A stretch of DNA of 64,000 nucleotides from an uncultured beta proteobacterium (GCA_963829775.1 CAWHJY010000007.1:176049-240048); one strand, 5' to 3'; positions 32,658 through 43,324 are shown, counted from the first letter of the stretch. Numbers and translations: made by a program. Notes: generated by a model not told the origin, from the sequence alone.

Positions 32658-32690
32658 ATAAAAAATGGGCGGACCCTCGCGAGTCCGCCC
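32658..32690 (-). terminator. Rho-independent terminator downstream of the degP/mucD-like gene
   Basis: On the minus strand: GGGCGGACTCGCGAGGGTCCGCCC hairpin followed by ATTTTTTATT. Embedded in an unusually AT-rich segment (32581-32666). Confidence 0.7.
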
Positions 32691-32728
32691 TGCTTCGAAC
32701 CGACGGTCCGGATGACCGCCGGGCGGCG

Positions 32729-34223
32729 TCAGCCCAGCGGAACCGGGATGAAGATCCTGCCGTCCTCGCGCTGGATCAGCAGCGCGGCGGTCTTCCCGGC
32801 GCTCGCCACCAGCGACTTCAGCTGCGCCGGATCCTTCACGGGCGTCCGGTTGACCGAGACGATCACGTCGCCGGGGCGCACCCCCGCCTTGGCGGCGGCG
32901 CCGGCGACGTCCTCGACGACGACGCCGCCGGCCAGCTTCGAATCGCGCTGCTCGTCCGGCGACAGCGGGCGCACGACGACCCCGAGCTTCCCCTGCGACG
33001 CGTCGGGCTTGTCGGCCGCTGCCGTCTTGACCGGTTCGCGCTCGCCGATGGTCGCCTTGAGCGTCTTCGCCTTGCCGTCGCGCCAGACGTCGAGCGTCAC
33101 CGTCCGCCCCGGGCTTCAGCGCGGCCACCTTCGGCGGCAGGTCGGACGACCGCGTCACCGCCTCGCCGTCGAGCTTGAGGATCACGTCGCCGGGCTCGAG
33201 GCCGGCGGCCGCACCCGGTCCGCCCTTCTGGACCGACGACACCAGCGCGCCCGCCGGAGCCGGCAGCCCGAAATTCTCCGCCAGCGCCTGGTTGACCTCC
33301 TGCACGGTGACGCCCAGGCGGCCGTGGCTCACCTTCCCGTGCGCGACGATCTGGTCCCTGACGTTGAGCGCGACGTCGATCGGAATCGCGAACGCGAGGC
33401 CCTGGAAGCCGCCCGACCGGCTGAATATCTGCGAATTGATGCCGATCACTTCGCCGGCAAGGTTGAACAGCGGTCCGCCCGAGTTGCCGGGGTTGACCGC
33501 CGCGTCGGTCTGGATGAACGGCACGATGCTGTCGCCCGGCAGCGAGCGCGACTTGGCGCTGACGATGCCCGAGGTCACCGTGTGCTCGAGCCCGTACGGC
33601 GCGCCGATGGCGACGACCCATTCGCCGACCCGGGTTGCCGCCGGGTTGCCGGTCTTCACCGTCGGCAGGTCCTTGGCGTCGATCCTGAGGACCGCGACAT
33701 CGGTGACCTTGTCGCTGCCCAGGACCTTCGCGACGAATTCGCGCTGGTCCGCGAGCTTCACCGTCACCTCGTCGGCGCCGTCGACGACGTGCGCGTTGGT
33801 CAGGATCACCCCGTCCGCGCCGACGATGAAGCCCGATCCGGTGCCGCGGCCCGGACCGCTGTCGGGACCGTCGGGACCGTCGGGTTGCGGCATCCCGCGG
33901 AAGAACGGCGCCAGTTCGGGCGGCAGGCCGCGCGGTGCGCCACGCGGCGAACCCTCGGACCGCGCGCCGGTCCGGGTGGCCCCCTTGACGGTGCTGACCT
34001 CGACGACCGCCGCGCCGTGCTTCGCGACGAGGTCGGCGAAGTCGGGCAGCGTCAGCGTGGCCCCGGGCGCCGCAGCGCGCGCGACCGCCGCGCTCGCGGA
34101 CGGCGTGGTGGCTGCGTTGGCGACCGGCGCGGCGCCGTGCCGATCGGCGGCGATGGCGCCCAGGCCGAACGCGCCGGCGACGGCCAGCGCGAGAAGACTG
34201 CGTTTGAAGACGTGGGGTTGCAT
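32729..34223 (-). CDS. Periplasmic serine endoprotease DegP/MucD (HtrA family, with PDZ); 1-nt indel in a GGGG run near 33110
   Basis: MQPHVFKRSLLALAVAGAFGLGA (signal)…GSGFIVGADGVILTNAHVV…DVAVLRI…GNSGGPLFNL…PDZ GALVSSVQKGGPGAAAGLEPGDVILKLDG…LKPG, then in the -1 frame (ORF 32729-33100) TVTLDVWRDGKAKTLKATIGE…second PDZ…LLIQREDGRIFIPVPLG*. Confidence 0.85.
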
Positions 34224-34302
34224 GCGCTCTCCTCGGGTTCTTCGGACGCGGACAAGATGCCCGCGGACGAGTCCAAGGTAACGCGCGAGACTTAAGCCTG
34301 AA

Positions 34303-35635
34303 TTAAGGCGGCGCGGGGAGCGTGACTTGCGGCGGCGCGGGGAACGTGACGGTGACCGCGAGACCGCGGCCGCCGGGCCCTTCGGCCAGCGCGACGGTCG
34401 CGCCGTGGCGGTCGGCGATCCGACGCACGATGGCGAGGCCCAGCCCGCTTCCGGGCGCCTCCGCGTCGCGACCGCGGGCGAATCGCTCGAACACCTGCGC
34501 GCGCTCGGACGCGGGGATGCCGGGACCGGTATCGCGGACGACCAGCACGGGCAGCCCGTTGCGCCGCTCGACGCCGACGTCGACCTCGCCGCCATCGGGG
34601 GTGTAGCGGATGGCATTGTCGACGAGGTTGGTCGCGAGGGTCGTCAGCGCTGCGGCGTCGCCGGCGACGATGACCGGCAGATCGCCGGCGCTGACGAGAC
34701 CGAGGTCGACTTCGCGCGCCGCCGCCACCACGGCCTGCTCGGCGACCACCGCGCGCGCGACCGCCACGAGATCGACCGGCCCGGGGAGCAACCGCGCCGG
34801 CTTCGTCGGCGCGCGCGAGCGCCAGCAATTGCTCGGACAGCCGCGTCGCGCGGGCAAGGCCGCCCTTCATCGCCGCCAGCGCCGCGGCGCGCTCCGGCTC
34901 GTTCGTCGCGCGCGCGGCGAGCTGCGCCTGCAGGTGCACGGCGGTGAGCGGGGTGCGCAGCTCGTGCGCCGCGTCGGCGACGAAGCTGCGCTGCGCCGCG
35001 AGCGCCGCGTCGAGGCGGCCGAGCAGCGCGTTCAGCGCGTCGACCAGCGGCTGCACCTCGCGCGGCCAGCCGGTGGCTACGAGCGGCGCGAGCTCGCGCG
35101 GCGTCCGGCGCGAGACCGCGGCGGCGACCCGCTCGAGCGGCGCCAGCGCCCGCGTGATCGCGAACCAGAGCAGGAGGCCGATCAGCGGCGCCGCGACCAG
35201 CCACGGAACGATGGTCCGAAGCGCGAGGCTGGCGGCGAGCTCGTTGCGCACCGACAGCGGCTGCGCGACCTGCACCAGTTCGCCGCCGGCCAGCACGCTG
35301 TAGACACGCCAGGGACCGTCGCGCGTGTCGACGGTGGCGAAACCGGGCGCGGCGCGGGCCGGCGCCTCGCGCCCGCCCTGCGAACGATAGACCTGGACGC
35401 CGTCGCGGTTCCACACCTGGACGACCAGCGGGCTGTCGGGGCCGCCGCCGCGCGGCACCGCGGTCGCCGCCAGCGGCATGCCGGTCACCGATGCCGCCAG
35501 CTGCGTCAGCTGCACGTCGAACAGCGCGTTGGCCTCGTCGCGGGCGCGGAGGTAGGTGGCGATGGTGGCGACGACGAGCGCGAGCGCCAGCCCTCCGGCC
35601 AGAGGCAGTAGCAGCGCGCGTCGGATCGAGATCAT
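34303..35635 (-). CDS. Sensor histidine kinase (OmpR-partner type, two TM plus HAMP, HisKA, HATPase_c); 1-nt frameshift near 34790
   Basis: ORF 34292-35635 N-terminal 270 aa (TM, periplasmic loop, TM, …FVADAAHELRTPLTAV H-box…) then the +1 frame ORF 34303-34857 (…LATNLVDNAIRYTPDGGEVDV…VRDTGPGIPASERAQVFERF…GSGLGLAIV). Confidence 0.85.
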
Positions 35636-35674
35636 CGTGGCGGCGTCCGGGCGGGGGCGACCGCGGCGACCCGG

Positions 35675-36349
35675 TCAGGCGGTTGCCGCGGAGGGACGGG
35701 GCAGCATCCACCCCAGGCCGCGCACGTTGCGGATCGTGTCGGGCGGCAGCTTGCGCCGCAACGCCGAAAGGTGCACTTCGACGGCGTTGCTGTCGACCGC
35801 GTCCTTCCATCCGTAGAGCCTTTCCTCGAGCTGCGCGCGCGACAGGATCGCGCCGGGACGTGCCGCGAGCGCCTCGAGCAGCGCGTATTCGCGTCCCGAA
35901 AGCGAGACCGTCGCGCCGTCGACCCGCACTTCGCGCGTCGCGGGATCGATGGTCACCGCGCCGAGGTCGATGCGCGGGGCCGCCCGACCGCTGTGCCGGC
36001 GCGAAAGCGCCCGGATGCGCGCCGCGAGTTCGGTCAGCTCGAACGGCTTGACGAGGTAGTCGTCGGCGCCGGCATCGAGGCCGGCGACGCGATCGGCGAC
36101 GGCGTCGCGCGCGGTCAGCACCAGTACCGGCCGGGCGTCGCCGCGGTGGCGCATCGCGGCGAGGACGTCGAGGCCTTCCTTGCGCGGCAGCCCGAGATCG
36201 AGCAGCAGCAGCTCGTGCACGTTTTCGGCGAGCGCGAGCTCGGCGGCGTGACCGTCGCGGACCCAGTCGACCGCGAAGCCGTCCTGGACCAGGCCGCGCC
36301 TGACGGCCTCGCCGATCATCGGGTCGTCCTCGGCGAGCAGGAGCCGCAT
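35675..36349 (-). CDS. OmpR-family DNA-binding response regulator
   Basis: MRLLLAEDDPMIGEAVRRGLVQDGFAVDWVRDG…LLLLDLGLPRKEGLDVL…YLVKPFELTELAARIRAL…winged helix…NAVEVHLSALRRKL. 224 aa, internal Met of ORF 35675-36859. Lies upstream of the kinase in the same orientation. Confidence 0.9.
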   Translation of the reverse strand: MRLLLAEDDPMIGEAVRRGLVQDGFAVDWVRDGHAAELALAENVHELLLLDLGLPRKEGLDVLAAMRHRGDARPVLVLTARDAVADRVAGLDAGADDYLVKPFELTELAARIRALSRRHSGRAAPRIDLGAVTIDPATREVRVDGATVSLSGREYALLEALAARPGAILSRAQLEERLYGWKDAVDSNAVEVHLSALRRKLPPDTIRNVRGLGWMLPRPSAATA

Positions 36350-36375
36350 CGCGCCGGTTGCCGCAGCTCGCGGGC

Positions 36376-36774
36376 TCAGGCCTTGGGCTTGAACCGCAGC
36401 GCCGCCGAATTCATGCAGTAGCGCTGGCCGGTGGGGGCGGGGCCGTCGGGAAAGACGTGGCCGAGGTGCGCGTCGCAGGCAGCGCACACCACCTCGGTCC
36501 GCCGCATGAAGAGGCCGCGGTCCTCCTGCTCCCCGACGTGGTCCTTCGCCACCGGCGCCCAGAAGGACGGCCAGCCGGTGCCCGAGTCGAACTTGGTGTC
36601 GGAGGCGAACAGCGGCGTGCCGCAGCAGACGCAGACGTAGGTGCCGTCCGCATGGTGGTCCCAGTATTCGCCGCTGAAGGCGCGCTCGGTGCCCTTCTTG
36701 CGCGCGACCTTGAACTGCTCGGGCGAAAGCTGCGCGCGCCATTCGTCGTCGGACTTGCGGATCTTGTCGACCAT
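36376..36774 (-). CDS. msrB: Peptide-methionine (R)-S-oxide reductase
   Basis: 132 aa. …[27 protein letters not shown]…[18 protein letters not shown]… Two CxxC zinc motifs and the catalytic Cys region of MsrB. Confidence 0.92.
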   Translation of the reverse strand: MVDKIRKSDDEWRAQLSPEQFKVARKKGTERAFSGEYWDHHADGTYVCVCCGTPLFASDTKFDSGTGWPSFWAPVAKDHVGEQEDRGLFMRRTEVVCAACDAHLGHVFPDGPAPTGQRYCMNSAALRFKPKA

Positions 36775-36857
36775 CGTCTTGCCTCGGGAAAGGGGTGCCT
36801 GCGGGTCTCGGGCCGGGCGGCGGCCGAGGTGGCGGCCAGGGTGGTGGCCTCGCGCCC

Positions 36858-38145
36858 ATGCGCTATAGTGCGCCTTCGCCGCCCGTAACTTACACCGCGC
36901 CCCCGTCCTTGGAAAACCCGTCCGCCGATTCGTTCCGCCGGGACGCCCGGGTCATCGGCCTCGTCGGCTTCGCCCACTCGCTGTCGCACTTCTTCCAGCT
37001 CGCGCTGCCGCCGCTGTTTCCGCTGCTGCGCGCCGAGTTCGACGTCTCCTGGACGCTGCTCGGATCGCTGGTCGGCGTGTTCTACGCGGCGAGCGGCCTC
37101 ACCCAGTTCGCCGCCGGCTTCGTCGTCGACCGGGTCGGCGCGCGTCCGGTGCTGCTGGGCGGCATGACGCTGCTCGCCGGCGGGACGATGGCGGCATCGC
37201 TGGCGCCCGGCATCGGCTGGCTGTTTCCGCTGGCCGCGCTGATGGGCGTCGGCAACGGGGTGTTCCACCCGGCCGATTTCGCCATCCTGAATTCCAACGT
37301 CTCGTCGCGTCGCCTCGGCTACGCGTATTCGACGCACGGCATCGGCGGCAACCTGGGCTACGCGCTGGCGCCGATCGCGAGCTTCGCGCTCGGGGCGCTC
37401 GTTCGGCTGGCGGCTGGCACTGGTGGCGATGGGGGCGCTGGGGCTCGTCGCGCTGGGCGTGCTCGCGACGCAGCGGGCATTCCTGACGTCGCAGCGGGCC
37501 GCCGACGCCGCCGGTGCCCACGCCGACGCGGCCCCGACCGCGGCAAGCGCGCACGCGGCGGGCTGGCGGCTCTTCGTCCAGGCGCCGATCCTGATGTGCT
37601 TCGGCTACTTCATGCTGTACACGATGGGCACGGTGGGCGTGCAGACCTTCGCCGGCAACGCGCTCAATGCCGGCTTCGGCCTGCCGCTGGCGATCACCAA
37701 CTCGGCGGTCACCGCGTATCTGCTGGGCTCGACCGCCGGCATCCTCGCGGGCGGCTTCCTCGCCGCGCGCGTCGGCCGCCACGACCTGGTCGCCGCGACG
37801 GGCCTCGCCGCCGGCGCCGCGCTCATGGTGGTCGTCGGCGCCGGCGCGGTCGGCGCGGCGACACTGCTGCCGCTGTTCGCGGCGACCGGCCTGGCGATCG
37901 GCTGCACCGGACCGTCGCGCGACCTGATCGTGCGCAACGCGACGCCGAAGGGCGCGTCGGGCCGCGTCTACGGCTTCGTCTACTCCGGCCTCGACACGGG
38001 CGGCGTGTTCGGCCCCGTGATATTCGGGTGGATGCTCGATCACGCGCATCCGCGCGAGATCTTCCTGGTCATGGCGGGGCTCTTCGTCGCCGCGATCGTC
38101 ACCGTGGTCAACGTGCGCCGTGTGCAGACTGCCGGCGCCAGCTGA
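36858..38145 (+). CDS. MFS transporter; 1-nt frameshift near 37400
   Basis: MRYSAPSPP…[24 protein letters not shown]…[17 protein letters not shown]… (frame of ORF 36795-38954), then [19 protein letters not shown]…12-TM pattern… continuing as ORF 37423-38145. Confidence 0.8.
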
Positions 38146-38154
38146 AGGAACGAC

Positions 38155-38934
38155 ATGGAACTCGGAATCCGCGGGCGCAAGGCGCTGGTCTGCGCCGCCA
38201 GCAAGGGCCTCGGGCGCGGCTGCGCGGAAGCACTGGCGCGGGAGGGCGTCGACGTCACGATCTGCGCGCGCACCGCCGCCGAGGTCGAGCGCGCGGCGGC
38301 CGAGATCGGCGTCGCCGCCGGCCGCAGCGTGGCCTGGGTCGCCTGCGACATCACCACCCCCGAGGGCCGGGCGAAGGCGCTGGCCGCGTGCCCCGCGCCG
38401 GACATCCTGGTCAACAACGCCGGCGGGCCGCCGCCGGGAGATTTCCGCGACTGGGACCGCGACGCGTGGATCCGCGCGCTCGACGCCAACATGCTGACGC
38501 CGATCGAGCTGATCAGGGCCACCGTCGACGGCATGATCGCGCGGCGCTTCGGACGCATCGTCAACATCACGTCCAGCGCGGTGAAGGCGCCGATCGACAT
38601 CCTCGGCCTTTCCAACGGCGCGCGCAGCGGGCTCACCGGGTTCGTTGCCGGGCTCGCGCGCAAGGTCGCCGTGCACAACGTCACCATCAACAACCTGCTG
38701 CCGGGGCCGTTCGACACCGACCGGCTGCAGACGACGATGCGCGGGCGCGCCAAGGCGCAGGGCAGGACGCTCGACGAGGTTCTCGCCGCCGGCATGGCGG
38801 CCGTTCCCGCCGGGCGCTTCGGCACGCCGGCCGAGTTCGGCGCCTTGTGCGCATTCCTCTGCAGCAGCCACGCGGGCTACGTCGTCGGCCAGAACCTGCT
38901 GATCGACGGCGGCAACTATCCCGGCACCTTCTGA
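38155..38934 (+). CDS. SDR-family NAD(P)-dependent oxidoreductase
   Basis: 259 aa. KALVCAASKGLGRGCAEALAREGVDVTICAR…NNAG…S…GLARKVAVHNVTINNLLPGPFDTDR. Classical SDR motifs. Confidence 0.85.
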   Translation: MELGIRGRKALVCAASKGLGRGCAEALAREGVDVTICARTAAEVERAAAEIGVAAGRSVAWVACDITTPEGRAKALAACPAPDILVNNAGGPPPGDFRDWDRDAWIRALDANMLTPIELIRATVDGMIARRFGRIVNITSSAVKAPIDILGLSNGARSGLTGFVAGLARKVAVHNVTINNLLPGPFDTDRLQTTMRGRAKAQGRTLDEVLAAGMAAVPAGRFGTPAEFGALCAFLCSSHAGYVVGQNLLIDGGNYPGTF

Positions 38935-38950
38935 CCCGTCGGATTCACCC

Positions 38951-39648
38951 ATGATCGACCTCTACTACTGGACCACGCCCAACGGCCACAAGATCACGAT
39001 CTTCCTCGAGGAGACCGGGCTGCCGTACGCGATCAGGACCGTGAACATCTCGAAGGGCGAGCAGTTCGACACGGAGGTCCTGGAGATCACGCCCAACAAC
39101 CGGATCCCGGCGATCGTCGATCACGCCCCGGCCGACGGCGGCGCGCCGCTGTCGGTGTTCGAGTCCGGCGCGATCCTGATGTACCTCGGGCAGAAGACGG
39201 GGCGGTTCGTGCCGACCGACTTCCGCGCGCGGGTCCAGTGCGTCGAGTGGCTGTTCTGGCAGATGGGCGGCCTCGGGCCGATGGCGGGGCAGAACCACCA
39301 TTTCAACCTGTACGCGCCGGAGCGGATTCCGTACGCGATCGAGCGCTACACGAAGGAAACGGGCCGGCTCTACGGCGTGCTGAACAAGCGGCTGGCGACG
39401 CGCGAGTTCATCGCCGGCGACTATTCGATCGCCGACATGGCGTGCTATCCGTGGATCCTGCCGGAGCGGCAGGGCCAGGAGCATGGCGCGACTTTCCGCA
39501 CCTCGCGCGCTGGAAGGAGGCGATTTCGGCGCGCCCGGCGGTGCAGCGCGCCTACGCGCTGGCGAAGTCGATCAACACGCAGCCGACCGTCGCCGACGCC
39601 AAGGCGCGGCGGCTGCTTTTCGGGCAGGACAAGAACACCGTCCGCTAG
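38951..39648 (+). CDS. Glutathione S-transferase (YfcG/YghU-like Nu-class); 1-nt frameshift near 39490
   Basis: MIDLYYWTTPNGHKITIFLEETGLPYAIRTVNISKGEQF…RIPAIVDHAPADGGAPLSVFESGAILMYLGQK… (ORF 38951-39799 frame), then DFPHLARWKEAISARPAVQRAYALAKSI… (ORF 39238-39648 frame). Confidence 0.8.
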
Positions 39649-39826
39649 TCGCCTGTTCGCCCTGGCGCCGCGGTCGTTGGCCGCGGCCGCGGGCGGCGCG
39701 CCCCGACGCGCGCCCTCGCCATGCCGGGCGGTGAATCGCGAGACTGATGTCGCGTCCAGCGTTCACGACGGCCGGCGCCAGCGGCCGTCGGCAGCGTGAC
39801 TATCAAGCTCCCGGTGCCACCCGTGG

Positions 39827-40783
39827 TCAGTCTTCGTCGCGCGGCGCGACCCGGATCGGGCCGAAGGACGGGCCGTTGCCCGCCGCGGCGGCGTCGGCCG
39901 CGCGCTCGAGGTCGGGATCGACGTCGAACGCGGTGTCGCCGTCCGGACTCGCCACGCCGGTCGCGCGCACCGCGGCGAAATCGAACAGCCTGCGGTCGAG
40001 CAGGTGCGACGGCGCGACGGTGCCCATCGCGTTGAAGATCGAGTCGAGGCGCCCCGGGTGCTTCCGTTCCCACTCGCGCAGCATCGCCGCGACCTGCTTG
40101 CGCTGCAGGTGCTCCTGCGACCCGCAGAGGTTGCACGGGATGATCGGGAACCGCATCGCCTCGGCGTAGCGCGCGAGGTCGCGCTCGCGCACGTAGGCGA
40201 GCGGGCGGATCACGACGTGGCGGCCGTCGTCGGACACGAGCTTCGGCGGCATCGTCTTCAGCTTGCCGCCGAAGAACAGGTTGAGGAAGAAAGTCGCGAG
40301 GATGTCGTCGCGATGGTGGCCGAGCGCGATCTTGGTCACGCCCAGTTCGCCCGCCACGCGGTAGAGCACGCCGCGCCGCAGCCGCGAGCACAGCGAGCAC
40401 ATCGTTCCGCCTTCCGGAATCACGCGCTTGACGACGCTGTAGGTGTCCTGTTCCACGATGCGGTGGGGGACGCCGCGCGCCTCGAGATAGCGCGGCAGCA
40501 CGTCGGCCGGGAAGTCCGGCTGCTTCTGGTCCAGGTTGACCGCGACGATCTCGAACGACAGCGGTGCGCGCGACTGCAGCGACAGCAGGATGTCGAGCAG
40601 GCCGTAGCTGTCCTTGCCGCCGGACAGGCAGACCATCACGCGGTCGCCGTCCTCGATCATGCCGTAGTCGCCGATCGCTTCGCCGACGAGGCGGCGCAGT
40701 CGCTTCTTCAGCTTGTTGGTCTCGAACTCGGCCTTGCGCGGATCGCGCGCCGGCACGGCCTGCGGCGGGTCGAGCGGCGTCAC
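39827..40783 (-). CDS. ttcA: tRNA 2-thiocytidine(32) synthetase
   Basis: 318 aa. …[19 protein letters not shown] (PP-loop SGGKDS)…[13 protein letters not shown]…[13 protein letters not shown]. TtcA Cys motifs present. Confidence 0.92.
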   Translation of the reverse strand: MTPLDPPQAVPARDPRKAEFETNKLKKRLRRLVGEAIGDYGMIEDGDRVMVCLSGGKDSYGLLDILLSLQSRAPLSFEIVAVNLDQKQPDFPADVLPRYLEARGVPHRIVEQDTYSVVKRVIPEGGTMCSLCSRLRRGVLYRVAGELGVTKIALGHHRDDILATFFLNLFFGGKLKTMPPKLVSDDGRHVVIRPLAYVRERDLARYAEAMRFPIIPCNLCGSQEHLQRKQVAAMLREWERKHPGRLDSIFNAMGTVAPSHLLDRRLFDFAAVRATGVASPDGDTAFDVDPDLERAADAAAAGNGPSFGPIRVAPRDED

Positions 40784-41072
40784 TTGCTCGCGTCCTTCCG
40801 GACCCCGGGCAGCGAGCCGACGCGGTCGAGGCCGCGGTGGCGGTCGGCAGGGTCGTCGGGGGGATGGCGGACATCGAGGTTCCGGAGCGGATCGGGGGAA
40901 GCGAAGGTTACCGCAGCCGGACCCGCCCGTCAGCGTCCGGGCGCGCGTTCCCCCGGAGCGGCCGGCGGCCGGCGGGTGCCCCGCGCCGGGGCGGGCGGCT
41001 CGCAGCGCGGTGGGCGTCGCGGCGGCGCCCCATTGGCGCTACCATCACGAGCTTCGACCCGGAGGCCCCCGA

Positions 41073-41711
41073 ATGCAGACGATCCTCGTCGCCAATCCCA
41101 AGGGCGGCAGCGGCAAGACGACGCTGGCGACGAACGTTGCCGGCTGGCTGGCCGGCAAGCGCCAGCTCGTTGCGCTCTTTGACCAGGATCCGCAGCAGTC
41201 GTCGACGCAGTGGTTGACGCGGCGGCCCCTGCTGTTCCCGCGGATCGCGCACCTCGGCGCCGACGCGAAGCGCAAGGATGTCGAGGCGGTTTCGGCCAAC
41301 TGGGTCGTGGTCGACAGCCCGGCGGGCCTGCACGGCGAGGATCTGCGTCACGCCATCGGGCACGCCGACGTCATGCTGGTCCCCGTGTCGCCGTCGGCGT
41401 ACGACATGGTCGCGACGCAGCGCTTCCTCGATTCGATCGCCGGCTGGAAGGGCGTCCGCAAGGGCACGCTGGCGATCGGGCTGGTCGCGATGCGCGTCGA
41501 CGCGCGCACGCGCAGCGCGGCGGAACTCGACGACTTTCTCGACGCCTGGGAGTTTCCGCTGGTGACGCACCTGCGCGACGCGCAGGTCTACGTCCGCTGC
41601 GCGCGCGACGGCGCGTCGGTGTTCGACCTGCCGCGCTCGCGCGCCGAGCAGGACTGGGAGCAGTGGAAGCCGCTGACGCGCTGGATCGCGCGCCAGGCGA
41701 AGGCAGCGTAG
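41073..41711 (+). CDS. ParA/MinD-superfamily P-loop ATPase (small, 212 aa, orphan)
   Basis: MQTILVANPKGGSGKTTLATNVAGWLAGKRQLVALFDQDPQQSS… Deviant Walker A KGGSGKT. The stop lies 6 bp before the start of the following radical-SAM gene (no intergenic gap). Confidence 0.8.
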   Translation: MQTILVANPKGGSGKTTLATNVAGWLAGKRQLVALFDQDPQQSSTQWLTRRPLLFPRIAHLGADAKRKDVEAVSANWVVVDSPAGLHGEDLRHAIGHADVMLVPVSPSAYDMVATQRFLDSIAGWKGVRKGTLAIGLVAMRVDARTRSAAELDDFLDAWEFPLVTHLRDAQVYVRCARDGASVFDLPRSRAEQDWEQWKPLTRWIARQAKAA

Positions 41712-41719
41712 CCGCCGGG

Positions 41720-42851
41720 ATGCGGATCGATTCCACCGATCGCGGCGCGTCGCCAGCCCCGTCGGCGGCCATCCCGACGGACGATGGCGGGCAACCGCGC
41801 CCGGACGGATTCGCCGCGACCGCGCCGACGCGCGTGGCCGGGATTCGCCAGCGCCTGCGCGCCGCGGGCGCCGGGACCTGCCACGAGCAGGCCGTGCTCC
41901 GCGCGTGGACGCACGCATTGCCGCTGCACGAGGGCTCGCGCCCGCCGGAGGATTTCCTGCCGCGGGCGGTCCGCGCCGCGCTGCCCGCGATCGCGGCGGA
42001 GCTGGGCGCGCTCGCGCGCCTCGATTCCCGGCACGCCGGCGGCGACGGCTCGGAGCGCCTGCTGGTCGAGCTGGCGGACGGGCGGACGGTCGAGAGCGTG
42101 CTGCTCCCGCGCGACGGCCTGTGCGTGTCGACGCAGGTCGGATGCGCCGTCGGTTGCGTCTTCTGCATGACCGGCCGGGATGGCCTGCAGCGCCACCTCG
42201 GCAGCGCGGAAATCGTCGCCCAGGTCGTCCTCGCCCGCTCGCTGCGCATCGTCAGGAAGGTCGTGTTCATGGGGATGGGCGAACCGGCCCACAACCTGGA
42301 CCAGGTGCTGGAAGCGATCGAGCTGCTCGGCGCCGAGGGCGCCATCGGCCACAAGAACCTCGTCTTCTCGACGGTCGGCGACAGGCGCGTGTTCGAGCGC
42401 CTGCCGCGGGGACCGGTGAAGCCCGCGCTGGCGCTGTCGCTGCATTCGACGTTCGCGCACCGGCGCGCGGAGCTGTTGCCGCGGGCGGCGCGCATCGATC
42501 CCGCCGAGCTGGTCGAGCTGGGCGAGCGCTACGCGCGCGCGACCGGCTATCCGATCCAGTATCAGTGGACGCTGCTCGAGGGGATCAACGACGGCGACGA
42601 CGAGCTGGACCGGATCGTCCGGTTGCTGGCGGGCAAATACGCGGTCATGAACCTGATCCCGTACAACGCCGTCGCCGGCTTCGGGTTTCGGCGCCCCGCG
42701 GCGGACCGCGCGGCCGCGATGGCGCGGCACCTGTGCGAGCGCGGCGTTCTCGCCAAGCTGCGGCAATCGGCGGGGCAGGACGTGGACGGCGGCTGCGGCC
42801 AGCTGCGCGCGCGCGTCATCGCGCTTCCGCGACACGGGCGTCGCCGGGATA
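41720..42851 (+). CDS. RlmN/Cfr-family radical SAM RNA methyltransferase paralogue; 3' end uncertain
   Basis: MRIDSTDRG…ESVLLPRDGLCVSTQVGCAVGCVFCMTG (CxxxCxxC)…MGMGEPAHNLDQVLEAI…NLIPYNAV…DVDGGCGQLRARVIAL. In frame with ORF 41210-43351, which has no stop until 43351. The expected end is about 42830-42851 (a TAG in the +1 frame at 42849), so a 3' frameshift is likely. Confidence 0.7.
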
Positions 42852-42910
42852 GGGCCGGCCTGAAGCGGCGGGATGGGGCGGGATTCCCGTCGGCCCGATG
42901 GCCGCTGCGA

Positions 42911-42948
42911 CCGGGCGCAATGAAAAACGCCGGCACAGAGGCCGGCGT
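42911..42948. terminator. Bidirectional Rho-independent terminator between the convergent radical-SAM and lipoprotein genes
   Basis: ACGCCGGC-ACAGAG-GCCGGCGT hairpin (42917-42938), flanked by AAAAA on one side and CTTTCGTGTT on the other. Confidence 0.65.
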
Positions 42949-42976
42949 CTTTCGTGTTGCCGAAGTCGCGTCGCGA

Positions 42977-43324
42977 TTACTTCTTCGCGGCGTCCTTCGC
43001 GGCGTCGACAGCCTTGCCGGCGGCATCCTTGCTCGCGTCGGCGGTCGCCTTGGCGGCATCGGTCGTCGCGGTGGCGGCGGCCTTGGCGGCGTCGGTCGTC
43101 GCGGTGGCGGCGTCCTTGGCGACTTCGGTCGTCTTCGCGGCGGCGTCGGCGGCCGTCTTGGCGGCGGCGTCGGCGGCTGCCTTGGCGGCGTCCTTGGTCG
43201 CGTCGGCGGCCTTGGTCGCGGCTTCCTTCGCCTTGTCGGCGGCTTGCTTGGAGTCCTGACCGCAAGCGGCCAGCGTAACTGCGAGGGCCAGCGCGGTCAG
43301 CGTGGCAATGGTGCGGTTCGTCAT
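42977..43324 (-). CDS. Ala/Lys-rich repeat lipoprotein (115 aa)
   Basis: MTNRTIATLTALALAVTLAACGQDSKQ (lipobox LAAC), followed by ~10 degenerate DAAK/KAA(T)A repeats. Internal Met of ORF 42977-43474. Confidence 0.6.
   Translation of the reverse strand: MTNRTIATLTALALAVTLAACGQDSKQAADKAKEAATKAADATKDAAKAAADAAAKTAADAAAKTTEVAKDAATATTDAAKAAATATTDAAKATADASKDAAGKAVDAAKDAAKK

Noticed and set aside
41073-41711. ParA-like gene as evidence of an integrated plasmid or partition locus
   Set aside because: No ParB gene, no centromere-like repeats, no rep or integrase genes nearby. The flanking genes (ttcA, radical SAM) are chromosomal housekeeping types.
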